Source: Callorhinchus milii
Lineage: Eukaryota
Reading direction: 5' to 3'
Assembly: GCF_018977255.1 (NCBI RefSeq)
Contig: NW_024704742.1
Location: 55,988,001-56,052,000 of the forward strand
Length of the DNA stretch: 64,000 bases
In this document: in pieces, positions 35,837-49,567 of the stretch
How the letters are laid out: the number at the start of each line of letters is the position of its first letter
How positions within the stretch are numbered: position 1 is the stretch's first letter
Made by a program: the position numbers and the translations under genes
The notes under the pieces: generated by a model
Databases searched by the model: none
What the model was told of the DNA's origin: nothing
The model's input: only the letters and a program-made list of their open reading frames with translations

Positions 35837-36385
35837 ACATTACATTAGAATATATAGCACAGAAACAGGCCATACGGCCCAACTCGTCTATGCCGGTGTT
35901 TATGCTCCACATGACCCTCCTCCTGCTCTTCCTCAACTGAGCCTTCAAGCCTAACCTTCTATTCCTTTCTCCCTCATGTACCTATCTAGCTTTCCCTTAA
36001 ATACATCCAAGCTATTTGCCTCAACAACTCCTTGTGGTAGCATGTTCCACATTCCTCTGTGTGAAGAAATTTCTTCTAAATTCCCCATTTGTGACTATTT
36101 CATATTGAAGGCCCCTGGTTTTGGTCTCCCCCACAAGTGGAAACATCTTCCCTATGTCTACCCTATCAAAACCTTTCATCATTTTAAAGACCTCACAAGT
36201 AACCTCTTACCCTCCCTCCTCTTTTCAAGAGAAAAGAGTCCAAGCATGTTCAGCCTTTCCTGATAGGTATAGGATCATCCTTGTGAATCTTCTTTGTATC
36301 CTCTCCAGTGCCTCTACATCCCTTCTATAATGTGGGGACCAGAACTGCACACAATATTCTAAGTGTGGTCTAACCAAGATATTAT
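35837..36385 (-). mobile_element. CR1 LINE 3' fragment
   Basis: Minus ORF 36225..36422 has [34 protein letters not shown] (CR1 ORF2), followed by 3' UTR. Confidence 0.85.
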
Positions 36386-37016
36386 ACTTTTTGTGGAGGT
36401 TTTTATCAACAACGACTTGCATTTATATAGCGTCCTTCACACCGGACGACATCTCGGAGCGTTTAACTTTGCGCTTGACCAATATACATATCAGTTTAGG
36501 AATGGAATTATTTTCATTGTTAACATCAAGGTCAGATATTAACAACAGCCACTTGAAGGGTGAATTCCACTTTACTCTGACCAACAATTGCTCATTCCCT
36601 ATTGTGACAGTGTGAACTTTTCCTATTTCCATCATGATCCACACCCATCATTTTCTCTAGGATAACTGATAACTTCTGAACTATAGATATGTTATGCTGT
36701 GGTCCATCCAGAATGTAGTAGGAACTTGGTCAAGGTTCATTTCACTTTATAGCCTTACTGCTTTGGAGGAGAGAACATTGTCCCATGAGGAGACTGGATT
36801 CTTTCTGAGGCACCAGAGTTGGGATGGGGGTTGAGGGTTAAGGAGAGAATGACTGACACTCAGATTAAGTAAGGAACTCTGGCAAGTGAAATAAAAATAA
36901 GAAAACCATGTTTCATTTGCTTCTGAGATAGAAATCTTGTGATTTCTTTTGGAAGATGTGGGTTAGAATGTGATTTTCTAACTAATGTTTAAATTCTGTT
37001 TCTGTGATCACCACAG

Positions 37017-37346
37017 ATAACAATCACAGACAACGGCAAGAGCCCGAAATCCACCATTGCGAGAGTGATAGTGAAGGTTCTGGATGAAAATGACAACAAA
37101 CCCCAGTTCTTGCAGAAGTTCTACAAAATCAAACTTCCAGAGCGAGAAAAACCAGAACGAGAAAAATCCATCAAAAGGGAACCCATCTTCAGGGTGATTG
37201 CTGCTGATAAAGATGAGGGTGCAAATGCAGAGATATCATACAGCATTGAAGAGGGAGATGAGCAGGGCAAGTTCTTCATTGAGCCTAAAACTGGAGTCGT
37301 TTCATCCAAGAAGTTTTGTGCAGCAGGAGAATACGATATTCTTTCA
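37017..37346 (+). CDS. FAT1: FAT1 coding exon (putative exon 5, 330 bp, phase 0-0)
   Basis: ccacag|ATA ... TCA|gtgagt. Reads [56 protein letters not shown]...AAGEYDILS. Confidence 0.96.
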
Positions 37347-37886
37347 GTGAGTACACCTGTTTGTGTATATGCAGAAGTATGAATGTGTTATTAGTTTAAA
37401 AAGTAAATTAGACCTGCTCAACAGCTAACTGAAACACCATAACTTTAAATATAATCCAATATTAATGGCTCTTAATGATCAAAGAAACCATAGAAGCAAA
37501 ATATGTGCAACTGATTTAAGGTTGTGCAAAGACTACAAGGTTGGACAGCGATCATCTGATATGGTTCAGATCAGAAGTTACTGTTGAAACAGGCATTAGG
37601 TGGCCTTTTATGCATGAAGAGCCAGTCCATTTGGAGAATGCGCTGAGCAGACGCAAAACACACCCTCGGAGAAGAAAAAAACTGAAGTTGTCCTATACCA
37701 TGGTGCACTGGCCTTTTTCTACACTTTCTATCCAGGAATAGATTTGGTAAAGGCCTCGGAAATGGTTTGCTTCCCTTTTTTCTTGGAGAATATAACGAGA
37801 GAAATAGATTGTACTATTCATTTGTAAATGATGAACTGCATTATTCATGGAAAGTTTTTAGTTAAAGTCATCATTTTAATTTGCAG

Positions 37887-38097
37887 ATAAAAGCTGTGGA
37901 TAATGGACGCCCTCAGAAATTGTCTACCACCCGACTGCACATTGAATGGATCACCAGACCCAAGCCATCATCGGTGCCCTTGGTTTTTGAAGAATCTTTG
38001 TTTTCCTTTAGTGTCATGGAGAGTGACCCAGTTACTCATATGGTTGGCGTAATTGCTGTTGAACCTACTGACACTGCACTTTGGTTTGATATCACTG
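37887..38097 (+). CDS. FAT1: FAT1 coding exon (putative exon 6, 211 bp)
   Basis: ttgcag|ATA ... ACTG|gtaagg. Reads [28 protein letters not shown]...LWFDIT. Confidence 0.96.
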
Positions 38098-40465
38098 GTA
38101 AGGAAGACATGTCTCTCCAGTAACATTTAATGGTATTGACTATGAAACACTTTCCTATTGGACCTTTAAATGTGATTTTCTTTGCAGTAGCATTGAGTTG
38201 GCCTGGGTAACACTTTTACTGGGTTTCATTTTTCAAAAAAAATTAAGTTTGCAGTTTTTTTTAAAATCATGTTGCATTCTACAAGCATTGGTACATAAGT
38301 AGAAAGTTGGCATTTTCTCTGAGTCACGGGGCTGCACTGTTGTGCCTGACAAACAGAAGATGTGATGAGGCGCTATATCAAAAATCCAATTATAAAACAA
38401 AGGTATCAGTGTAGAACTTCACTTGATGAATGAGTGGATAATCACTGCACACACAACAGAACATGTCAACCTCAGCATAGAGACAGTTAAAGTTAGAGTT
38501 AGAAATATGAGCAAACGTTGGACGAAAGATCTTATAGACTAGAAAAATTACTGCCCCAGAATATTCACAGACGGTGAGGATCTGACCCCCAAAACTGCCA
38601 GCACATTGATTGAATCACCCCATTTCCAACAATAACACTCCTTAGTAATGCTTGGGTAAATATCACAAGCTCACTTTCTTTTGTAAAAAAAAAGTTGAAG
38701 ATGAGAAGTATTTACGTATGTTTGTTTTAACAGTTTTTTTTAAATGTTCGTGTCCAGCTGGAACAGTCAGGGAATGACACACTGAATTTTACTGAATGTG
38801 CATGCTTCAAATCTACAAGCTCATTTCCTCCTCACACTTTCTGGGGCAATTCTGAGTTTGCAGTTTGTTTCTTGTGAAAAACGATCACTCTTCTGGGTTT
38901 ATGTTCAAATCAGCTGCCCTTTTTGAAAACTGAACAAGTCTATCAGTAAACTTGTTTCTACAGGCAACGATGATAGAGACAAATGAGATCACAGTTCACT
39001 AAAAAGCTTCTTGCCTGCAAAGTATCTCATTCGGCCAGGTTTTCACCGTATTATGTTACTGACTTCAGGCTTGAATCTTGGAAGAGTTGCCAGATATAAA
39101 GATAGTTCAAACTAAAACATGCAGAGAATGAAATAAATCAGTTCAAAAATCCAAAACATATCTATTTGGCATCTTAGAATTCTTTTAACAGCCATTGAAT
39201 TATTGCCATGGGTACATTTAATTAAATTAATTTTCAGTGTTTTAATTATGCTTTCTTAAAAACACTAATCTTGTCGATCTATTTATTCAGTGTAAACCTA
39301 TTTCTCATGTTGTTATTAATCTTTGTGAGGCATAGTTTGCATAAATTAGGAAATCATGGATTGCATTAATCTATCTGCATTGTATTGAACTTTTAACTGG
39401 AAATTCATTAACTTATCTAATTTCCTTTTTTTTCTATCCTTGCTGCCTTTTCTGTCTTCAACTGTGCTTCTGGCTCTGCAAGGAGGCAAACAAGCTAGAG
39501 AATGGTTTTATATCTTTCAGATGGCTTGTGACCTGAACTGTACAGCAGAAGGTATCTGCTGCCATCTCATAATTATACTTTTGTACTACATTATGAGATC
39601 TGCTAACTAGCTTTTTTGTTTTGTGTCTTGTTCACAAACCTTTCAAGAAATGTATTCCCTCCCGTAAAAATGTGTGCCCATACAGTATGTACTATACCAT
39701 ATGTATTTATATAAAACTGGTTTTAAGTGTGCAAGTTAGAATAATATACATTTTTATATTTTTCCCATATCTTGCATTAATTTTTCATTCTTTTATGTTT
39801 AATCCAGCACAATGTTGATCACTTTCACTATTAATAATTGTGCAGTTACTTATTTTATATTTTAGGTCTGATTTACATGAGTTTAACTATTTTATTTGTT
39901 AGACTTAATTATGGCTCAGGCAAATAGCAAACTACGTGCACACTGTATTAGTAGCCAGGTAACCAAGTGGGAGTTGTTCTGCTTTTATGAAAACCTTCAT
40001 TACCACATTCCCCCCCCACCCTCCAATAAACTTGTTTCATTCCATTTCATACTCGGCATCACTGATAGTGATTCTGTTAGAAATGTAATAGAATTGGACA
40101 GCAACTGAAAGCAAAACAAACATTTTATTTAAAAAATATATCAGTGGAAATTGATAAGCTTTTGAACGCCTCCTTCCTGATTTCTTTTTAACACATAAGA
40201 AAACAGTCAGACCATTGTTGTGTGGAATTCAGCCATTGACTAGAGTGCTAACTTAACAACACCTTGCATTCATAGTAGGGTCTTGGAACGCTTAAAAACT
40301 ACTGAAGCAGAAATTTGTGAGTGATACATTCTCACACCGAGGAGTGTATCTGTAACTTATTCCTGATTCATTTCCACACGTACGACAGACCTGTACAGAA
40401 CAATTTTTACAATTGACATTTATATTGCACCTTTTATGTTGGGAGGACGACTCAAAGCGATTGAC

Positions 40466-41250
40466 GACAACAACAACAAATTGGATTTATATAGCGCCCT
40501 CCAAACCGGACGGCATCTCAGAGCGCTTCACAGTAGCGGATCCCAGGGCCGAGCCAGGGGAAGGGGGAGGAAGGTGACCAAAGGCACGGTCGAAAAGAAA
40601 GGTCTTCAGCAGAGACCTGAAAATAGGAAGAGAAGGGGCGAGGCGAAGGGAGTGAGGAAGCGAGTATAGTGGCTGAAGGCATGGCTGCCAAGAGTGGAGT
40701 GGAGGACTCAGGGACAAGCAGGGGGCCAGACCCGGAGGAACAAAGGCAACGGGCACTGTTTTGAGGGAAGAGGAGGTCAGAGAGGTGGAAGGTGGAGGTG
40801 GAGAGGTGCAGAGGAGTGGAGGGATTTGAAAACAAGGGTGAAGATCTTGAAGTCGATCTTCTCTGGGACAGGCAGCCAGGGCAGTCTGGCAAGGACTGGG
40901 GTAATCGGAGAGCAGAGTTTGGTGCGGGTGAGAATGCGGGTGGCTGAGTTTTGTATAATCTGGATTTTATGGATGGTAGTGGAGGGGCTGTGGCGAGGAG
41001 GGCGTTTGAATAGTCCAGCCGAGAGGTGACTAAGGCATGGACCAGGGTTTCAGTGGCTTTCGGAGAGAGGTATTGGCAGAGACAGGCGATGCATCAGAGG
41101 TGGAAGAACGTGGTGCTGATGAGGGACCGGATATGGGGGAGGAAGGGTAATTGGGGGTCGAACCTAACGCCTAGGTTACGTACGGGTTCTGAGACTTTTA
41201 GGGGGAGGTTGGGTAGGTGGAGGAGGTGAGAACCGTGAGGCAATGCCACC
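40466..41250 (-). mobile_element. L2 3' fragment (same subfamily as 18142-18520), preceded by another tail remnant at about 40408-40460
   Basis: (CAA)n tail; near-identical 3' region to 18142; body aligns to 12960-13640. Confidence 0.88.
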
Positions 41251-42774
41251 TAACAGGTTTCTTGGACTTTAATCCATCATACACAAGCCTCAAACTTTTT
41301 CTGGGGAAAAAGGGTAAAAATTTAAAATTTATAGGGTCTTGGCAAGGGAAGTATTAAGATTTAAGTGTTCAGTGTAACCCCAAACCAGATGTTTAGATCA
41401 CCACCTCTCAGTGATACAGAGTAATTGTAATTTTAAGATACTGATTAAATATCTCATTTAAAATAACAAATGTGAAGATGGAAATAATTATTAATACCTA
41501 ATGAGTTTCTGCTTTCAGTGTGACTGCAGTTGATTAGCTTGTTCCTAGCTTGCAGCTGGCTTTTCTTTTACTAAATGCATTGAATTCATTTTGTTTTGTT
41601 GTGTAACTGAAAATTTTGGAAAAGCAGAATTAATTTCTTTCCAAATTGATTGAAATGATTGTGTTTTCTGAGTTCTGTGTTGAAACCAAACTATTGATTT
41701 CACATTGAACCTTCTCATATAATTTATTATTTGTAAAGTAGTAATGCAAAAGAATAGTCTGAAGTATTTACATGCTCAATTCTAATTTTGGGTGTAAACA
41801 CCAGTCTAAATAGCCAGCTTCAGGTTTTTCCAAAATAATGCAGTGGGTAAAGTCTCGGAAAATGTATATGTTGTCAACTGCATGTAGTTAACAGTATTAA
41901 TGTCAAATGAGTGAACAAACGGCTTTTGGCCTCTTTAATAGCAAAACACCACTGTTAAACAGGAAGGTTCATAGTGAAAGTAAAAGCTGCAAAAATAATA
42001 CATTTCCAGTTCATTTATAAGTGCATGGGATATTTAAGTGTCACTCTGTATTGCTTAAAAAATACAGTGAAACAATATGCATGTTTTTTAAGTTGATCAT
42101 TAAATTAATGGCCCAAACTAAACAATCAAAAATTACAGCAGTGTAAATAAATGGTGAAATTAGTTTTTTTAGAATTGTCCTGGCCTTGAGAGCGATTGTC
42201 ACAGCAATTGCTAATGCACCATTTGATTTGTTTCAGTATACGGAATATAAATCTTGTGATTCTTGGCTATGTAAAGAGCTTTTCCCAAAATGTGTTGAAA
42301 CATTGAGTTACGAAAAATATTTTATACAGTGCGTGACTGATCATAGGTGCCCAATAGTGAGGACAAACTAGAGAGTGCCAGTCTGACCAGAGATATTCAG
42401 TAGAACATACAAAAGACATTACAAATACATTAGATAGTTACATTTTGGTTAGCATGCCTGAAAAATTGTTTTTCATAACTGTGTACAAAAAAACATTTAT
42501 GAAAAGCATTTAATATTCAAGGATTTGACTGGCTTATTTGGTAAAGGCAGCATTTTAACCGGCTTTACGTAATGAGGCCACACACCAGAAAGCCCTAAGT
42601 TTGATTCTGGACTGTTTCAGGCTAGTTGATCTCGGATTAGAAGTTTCAGGACTGTGAGGTCTTGGGTTCCTCTTGCTAGTCGCTTGAAAGCAAGCATGTT
42701 TGAATATTGTAAGAACAAGATTGGGATCATCTGTGATTCTTCTCCTCTCCACCCCCCCCCACCCCGCACCCCCC

Positions 42775-42860
42775 CAATCAAATAGGCTGATAACACTCAC
42801 TGTTTGAACTCACACATTACATGGCTATTTGGTAGAGGTACAAAAGGGCATCTGAAGATA
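42775..42860 (+). repeat. Ancient unassigned interspersed repeat, copy 3
   Basis: aataggctgataacactcactgtttgaactcacacattacatggctatttgg. Confidence 0.45.
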
Positions 42861-44473
42861 AGATAAACTAAGCTCTGGACATACTCTTAGTTGCAACAGC
42901 ATATTATCAGTTGCGCCCAAGTCACCAGCCTGTAATAGTTATGAAGAGAGGGAACTATAAATCTGGTTCCCACTTTGATTTGCTCTCGCACTGGAAGTGA
43001 TTGATCACTATTCATTATTCTTAAAAATTTAAGGATATTTTCCAAGTTGAATACTTAAAATTAGACATTGTCATTTATTCCTTGGGGTTCTTGTAGTCTG
43101 TTGATCCTCAAGTTCTGCTCCCATATATTTGGCAGTCCTATTTCCATATACAGCACCAGTGTTCTGCATGTGTTTCTCAGAAATTTTAACAAGCCATCTG
43201 TGAGCATGGAACAGTCATCTCAGACTCAACATAATTATTGCATGCATATTTTCTCACTTACCTCAGAATCGATTTCGTGCTACAAAACCACGGCTTCCTG
43301 ACCTCATAATGGGGTCCATTACATGTCAATTAGTAAGAGTAGATTTTTTTTGCCACTCGTCTACAATGGAAGCCTCTTTGGCAAAAAAATCACTATATGT
43401 TTATTTTGCTACAAGCGCATTGTAGATCATTCTTTGGTTCTGTTACTGATGGAGTGTAACTTTGAGATCCACACTGTATGCAACTACTAGTTTCCACAAA
43501 TCACCATTTCCTTGTTTTGTCCTTCCCTTCAGTTGTTTGTTTTTTGTCTGCTTTTCATTTCTTGAAATTTAATTTGCTTCCTTCCTCGCCTAATCAAAAA
43601 TGTGATGTTATAGGTGTTCAAGTGGTTCAAAGGGTTCATAAATCATTGTTAGAGATTTTTAAAATGAAGTTCAAATTGAAGGTAATGTAATGGGTGTCTG
43701 GTAGCTTATAACTGAACCCTTCAGTTGCAGCCTTCTGTCTGCAACTGTTGGTTCCAGATTGGCTGATGCTTGAATTTGCTTGGCTCTGAAAAGTAAGTTT
43801 CACTAAATGGCATGAAAAGCCAACCTTGTTGAACTTACCTTACTTAAATGACATCTCCTATTCCAGGTTTATTGTTCAACAATGGCTATGCATATGGAGA
43901 AGTATGTAACTAAGATCCCCATCTCCTGCTGCCTAAAGCATCCGTAGAGCATACATATGTGTGTGTGTCAGGAGTGGGGGCCATAAGCAAAAATCAACAA
44001 ATTATTTTCAATCTCACTAAATATGTTTCTATTTGCTGTGTATATTATAACACACTTTGCATTTAACTTTTTTAAAAAAATAAGGAATAGGCGTTGTCAA
44101 TAATTGCTGAAAATTTTAATACTGTTAAACAAAAATAAATAGGAGAAGGATTATAAAATTATTTTGAATACAAATCTAACACAGATAGCACCTTCTGTGG
44201 TACTAACGTAGTTGAAGCCAGGTGTTAACATACCTCCCATTTCTCAAAAGTTCCCTGTTAAACACACAACCACAACATCAGACTGATTTTAATATGGTTT
44301 GAGAATCAATAGAAGTTTTAGCCACTGTTGAATGAATGCCCTCATTACATGGCTTAAATTGTATACTTGCAACTCTTGTTAATGAAACAGGGGAGTAAAT
44401 AGTTTATTTGCATGCGATCAGATAGCTGAGCAGAATCTACTGATTTTATAACTATTCATATTATTTAATCCAG

Positions 44474-44613
44474 GTGGCAACTATGACAGCCGATTTGATG
44501 TGGACAAGGGTAGTGGAACCATCATTGTCGCGAGACCACTTGATGCAGAACAGAAATCGTATTACAACATGACAGTGGAGGCAACAGATGGAACAAAGAC
44601 TATCAGCACTCAG
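44474..44613 (+). CDS. FAT1: FAT1 coding exon (putative exon 7, 140 bp)
   Basis: atccag|GT ... CAG|gtaatt. Reads (G)[46 protein letters not shown]. Confidence 0.96.
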
Positions 44614-44760
44614 GTAATTGAATTCCTGATGAAAAGATTGATCCAGGGAGAACATTTGCAGTCATTCATTTTCGCCATTAATATTAGAAGATTTTTTTTT
44701 AGAGAGTGGTTTAAGCTTATTACTGTTGAACAGTTTCAATAGCAAACTGTGCTATGCATC

Positions 44761-44886
44761 TCATAAAATCATAGAATTATACAACACACAATGAGGCCAT
44801 TCGGCCTATCGTGCCCCTGCCGGCTCTTTGAAAGAGCTATCCAAATTAAACCCACTCCCCCACTCTCTCCCCATAGCCTTGCAATT
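44761..44886 (-). mobile_element. CR1 3' UTR stub (same family as 51643-53798)
   Basis: atcatagaattatacaacac...gccggctctttgaaa...ccactctctccccatagcc matches 51650-51761. Confidence 0.8.
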
Positions 44887-45089
44887 CCCCCACACCCCCA
44901 AAATTTATCATGAGCCACAAAATGTAAAGCTTTCAAAGGAAAGAGAAAAAGAGGGCAGAAAAAACTATAATGAGGAACAATTTACTGTTGCAGAAGATTT
45001 CAGATAAATCCATATCCGATCCAAACATAAAAACTGACCAAAAATTATAATACCAATGTATCCTTCTTTGAGTCAATTGAGTGCATCAG

Positions 45090-45480
45090 TCTGATTCAGT
45101 TTGTAGCGCTCGCTTCTGAGTCAGAAGGTTGTGCATTCAAGCCTCAAATCAGGAATTGAAACTCATAATCTAGGTTGACACTGCAGTGCTGGATTGTTGG
45201 AGGTACTGCTTTTTGGATGAAACATTAAATTGATGTCCCGTCTGCCATTTCACATAGTACAATTTGAAAAGAGAAAGGAGTTGCTCCTGGTGTCCCGGCC
45301 AACAATCCCCCAAATAAAATTGGTCATTCACTTCATGCCTTTTTGTAGGATATTGCTGGGTACAAATTGGCTGCCACATTTGCCAACAAATAACAGTCAC
45401 TACACTTTAGACTGTCGTGTAAAGTGCTTTGAGGCATACTTTATGAAAGGCACTGTACCAAATGTTAGGATGGTTATCAT
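45090..45480 (+). mobile_element. Old Deu-domain SINE, near full length
   Basis: Head gtagcgctcgcttctgagtcagaaggttgtg; ggatgaaacattaaa; cctggtgtcccggccaac; 3' aaagtgctttgagg...aaaggcactg. Confidence 0.7.
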
Positions 45481-46529
45481 TTAGTCTGAATTGATATTGA
45501 AATCCAAGATTAACATTTATTTGGAAAATGTCTAGTGTATTAAAATATTAACTGGTAGAAACACCACAACATTCCACCTCATTCGATGATTAGTTTTAAA
45601 TTCTACAGATGTTTGAGTTTTCTGTTCTTTGAGTCAATGTAAATATGATAAATGAGCATAATTTAGACACATCCTGAATGGCATAAACTGTTTTAAATAT
45701 TAGGTCACAGAGTAGCAATTAGAGCACTTTAAGAGCTAATTGAGCTTCACCTAGAGCAGCAACATATTCAGCCTTGTCAGCATGTTTTGAGTTGCTGTGA
45801 AGAGCATTAAGTTTGCGTTATGGTAATACGATATACTGGCTGCAGGTTTCCCCATTAATTTGCAATAAAAATGTTACAATCACTAACCTTGAAGCAAATG
45901 CCATCACATGGAAGAATGGGGGAATCGGGCCTTCTGTGTCAACAAGGTAACCAGTGTTGATGCAGAACCCATTTAAAATATATATAAAAACAAAATCTAA
46001 GGTGAAGGATTCCCAGAACATCAAGGTACTTTGTATTTTTGTGTTCTTCTTAATTCTTGTTATCTATACAATATTTATAATTATTCTGTAAATACGTTTC
46101 ACTAAGGCAATCCCACTTCCTTTTATCTAATATTGCCCCTCTTATTGTTGGATTCCAGTGCTCTCATGGGCTATCTTCTTACCCTGACTGACAGGTCGAC
46201 AACGAGGCAATATATTTTTAAATAATTGAACAAGAGACACGAGGAAAAGTGCTTTGCATGAATTTTAAGAAATGGCAATGAGGGAGATACATTAAACTTA
46301 ATTAGGATCCTTGAGGTTTAAGCTTGCATATGCACTTAAAATATATGCACAAACTGGCCCCAAGCCACATTTCCATAATTCACCTTAGACAGATGTTATA
46401 TCAAATGCAAAAGTACTTATTCAAAGTTGTCTCAGCATAGAACAACTTAATATTTCAACCATCTGTTTTCTTTGCCAATTGTTGTTTCTTCATGTTTGAA
46501 ACAATATAATCCTTGTATTTAATATAAAT

Positions 46530-46760
46530 CTGGCATTTGCTATCTAGCACCTTTTACATCAGGATATCTTAAGAGTGCTTCACTGTAAAGTGTAGAGACT
46601 ATTTTGCAGACAAAATAGTCGGCCAATTTGCGCACAGCAATGTACCACAAACAGCCATGAGGTGAATGACTAATTTTATCTGGAGCACTGTTGTCCAAAC
46701 TCTGGGAGAAACTCCTCTCTTTTTGAATATTGCTATGGGATCTTTAACATGCATTTGAAT
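46530..46760 (-). mobile_element. Old SINE 3' half (Deu-type)
   Basis: gccaatttgcgcacagcaatgtaccacaaacagccatgagg...gctatgggatctttaacat. Confidence 0.6.
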
Positions 46761-48392
46761 AAGAATGCATGGATGTACTTACACAACTTAATAATTTTAG
46801 CGAAATAGAAAAGAATATATGAAAGCCCAAAAGGCCATAGTTTTAAGAAGTTCAGAAAATCCAGATGGTCTTTAGGCTAAACCAATGAGAAGTTCCAAAC
46901 CTCTATTCCAAAGGTAATTCTATAGTATTTGTGCTTGGCTTTGGCTTGGCAGACATCTGAAGTAATAGTCTTAAAATGACAAGCTTAATTACTTGAAAAA
47001 ATGCACACCAAATTACTTGGAAATTATGTTGTGCAAGTTCATAAATCATCTATTAATGACAGAAAATTTCTAATGAATCGGGTAGTCTTTATTTTCAGTA
47101 TCGGCAATAAACTCGAACAATACTGATTAGTAATACTTAAAGCAGTTGATGTTTTTTTTTCTTCTTTAAGATTGCAATGTTAATTTTTTTTTAAGATTTG
47201 GATAATGGCTTTGGATCAATAATGTCTAAAGAGGTGTTTCGTAATTTGTGCCTTCTGGACTTTGTCTGGCAATAGTTCTAGCAGTAGAAACACAGACTGT
47301 TTAGTTTTAAATTTTATAAATGTGAAGTGGGAATAAATAAGTCTCAGGGCTGTCAATAATGCTTCATGTCCAGTCACATAAAGCAGCACTACAAATAAAT
47401 TGCTGTAGCCGAGAAACAGCAGCGAAATGGTGGTCAACATTTTGCAGTGATTATTTGTTGCCTTGCATAGTATGTTCATTATGAGAGACTATATCCCCTT
47501 AATATAAGATTTGTCATCAATTGCAAGAAATGCTTATGCTACCGATATTTAGAAGTAGTATCTCAGTAATTAAACAACAACAACAATTTGCATTTATGTA
47601 GCACCCTTCACGCAGGGTAGATCCTGGAGAATTCTAAAGACCTGCTGGTGCACTGGTATTAAAATGTGTTGTGCAAATGTAGAGTCAGGATGTGGGTTCA
47701 GAGGCTGGATACATTCACAAATAGAGAAACGAAATCTGCTTAGCTACCAAATTGGCATTGGCAGTTTTGGGGAGAGGAATAGCAGGTCCCAAGCCTCCCT
47801 TTGGGTAGAGTCCTCCTCATCCTGATTCCCATTGGTCCTCAGACGTTGGCTCCTGAGTCCTGGCTCCGATTCCCTCTCTCAAAACTGACAACACAATATT
47901 ATTGAACATTAAAAACAAACTTTGCTTCCCATCACCCTGATTCTACTTCAAATCTCTCGGCACACAATGCTAACAAAACATTCAACTTAAGCTACGGGCT
48001 TTATCTTCTGTGCATAAAAGTCTTGTGCAATTTTCATTAAGCTTTCACTTAAATAGTGAGAGTGTACTTGATTAGACATGGAACATATGATAATTTAACT
48101 AGAATGCCACTTAATTGGTTGTAGTTTGTGTCAGAATGCTGTTTTAAAGTGTAAAGTGCAAAGCACTGCTATGTTCCTAATTGTCACTTATGAATCTGAA
48201 TATAGATGGTGAAGTACATACAGGTCCTTGTGTTTGCTGAACCTTTAAAAACAAAATTCAAAAATTATTTTCAAAAGGATCATCCAAACAACATCATCAT
48301 CCAAATACTCCTTAACCCATATTTTCTGCTGCACCAGTTTCTACACGTCTTTTACTCTCAGTCTCGCCACTCTATGCCTATTCCATCTCCTC

Positions 48393-48760
48393 CAACAACA
48401 ACCTGCATTTATATAGCATCTTCCATGCCGGGAGGCGTCTCAGAACGCTTACAAGCCCTATTATGTTACCAGAACCACTGATACTTCAGATTCTGGAACT
48501 TTGCTCATTTCTTACTTTTTCTGTCTCATTAAAGGTGCTGAGCCTTCAGCTACTCTGCTCCTGAAGTATCTTCTGAAACTTTTCTCACTTGCTGTCTGCA
48601 TGTATTCAAAACCTTCCGGAAAAAAACATCTTTTAGCCTATCCTTTGGGTCAATATGTTTAATTTTCCCTTCCTTCTCCTTTCTCAGTGCTCCTTGTTTT
48701 ATTAAGAGTTTGAGATATTGATTCTAAATGAACGGCACTATTTAAGTGCAGGTTGTTGTT
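48393..48760. mobile_element. L2 tail (minus, 48393-48455) joined to a decayed L2 3' fragment (plus, about 48460-48760)
   Basis: caacaacaacctgcatttatatagc on the left; gccttcagctactctgctcct...gcactatttaagtgcaggttgttgtt on the right. Confidence 0.6.
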
Positions 48761-49296
48761 AATAGAGCCCTTATTTCTGAGAAGCTACATAAACCAAGGA
48801 ATGAATTTCCATTAGTTATAATATTACAGTGTTATTTAATGAGGTATCAATCAGTGTGCTCCTCAACCTCTTGTACCGGCAGCTAAGAGTTTAATTGTAG
48901 AACAAAAATACAGTATTAGTTACCTGTTATGGGATATCTTGTTTGAATTCATGGTTCCAGGAGGGGAACTATTTTTAAGAGCAATTTTTCCACCATTGTT
49001 TATACTGGATGAAATGAGAGTTCTTTATGATTCTTGTGCCAGATTTACTCTAGTAACTCTACAAATTTAGTACCAAATTCATAATGTATCACTGCAATTC
49101 AAAAACCACTACATTGCGACTTTGTCAAGGTGTGGCACTAGAACAGACTGTGCTGGCTCCACTTTAACAGCCAGACCAGAGTACGGACCCAAAATTAAAT
49201 GCACCTAGTGACGTGGAAAGAGGTGGATTGCTTTTCCAGGGGTAATAATCTATTCAAAAAAATAATAATAAATTATTCACTTCAATCCACGACTGT

Positions 49297-49567
49297 CGAG
49301 AGACCTGAGTTCAATTCCAGGCAGGGCGAAACCTTGGGCAAGTTTCCTTACTCCACACGCCTAATAATAATCCCTCCAAAAACAATAATTAAATTGGTCA
49401 TTTTCAATCTACGACTGTTTGTGGGACACTGCTGTACGCAATTGGCTGCCATGTTCGCCCACAAATATACAGTCAATTCACTTTACAGTGTGTTCCGTGA
49501 AGCACTTTGGGACGTCCTCCCGACGTGAAAAGCGCTATATCAAATGCAAGGATTATTATTATTATTA
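49297..49567 (+). mobile_element. tRNA-Ala SINE, 5'-truncated, following an older SINE remnant (about 49200-49296)
   Basis: cgagagacctgagttcaattccaggcagggcg...aaatgcaagg(att)n. Confidence 0.88.

Noticed and set aside
37017..37346. Assignment to FAT3 or another FAT/Dachsous paralog
   Set aside because: The longer [16 protein letters not shown] insert and the exon lengths fit FAT1 as I recall it; a phylogeny would settle it.
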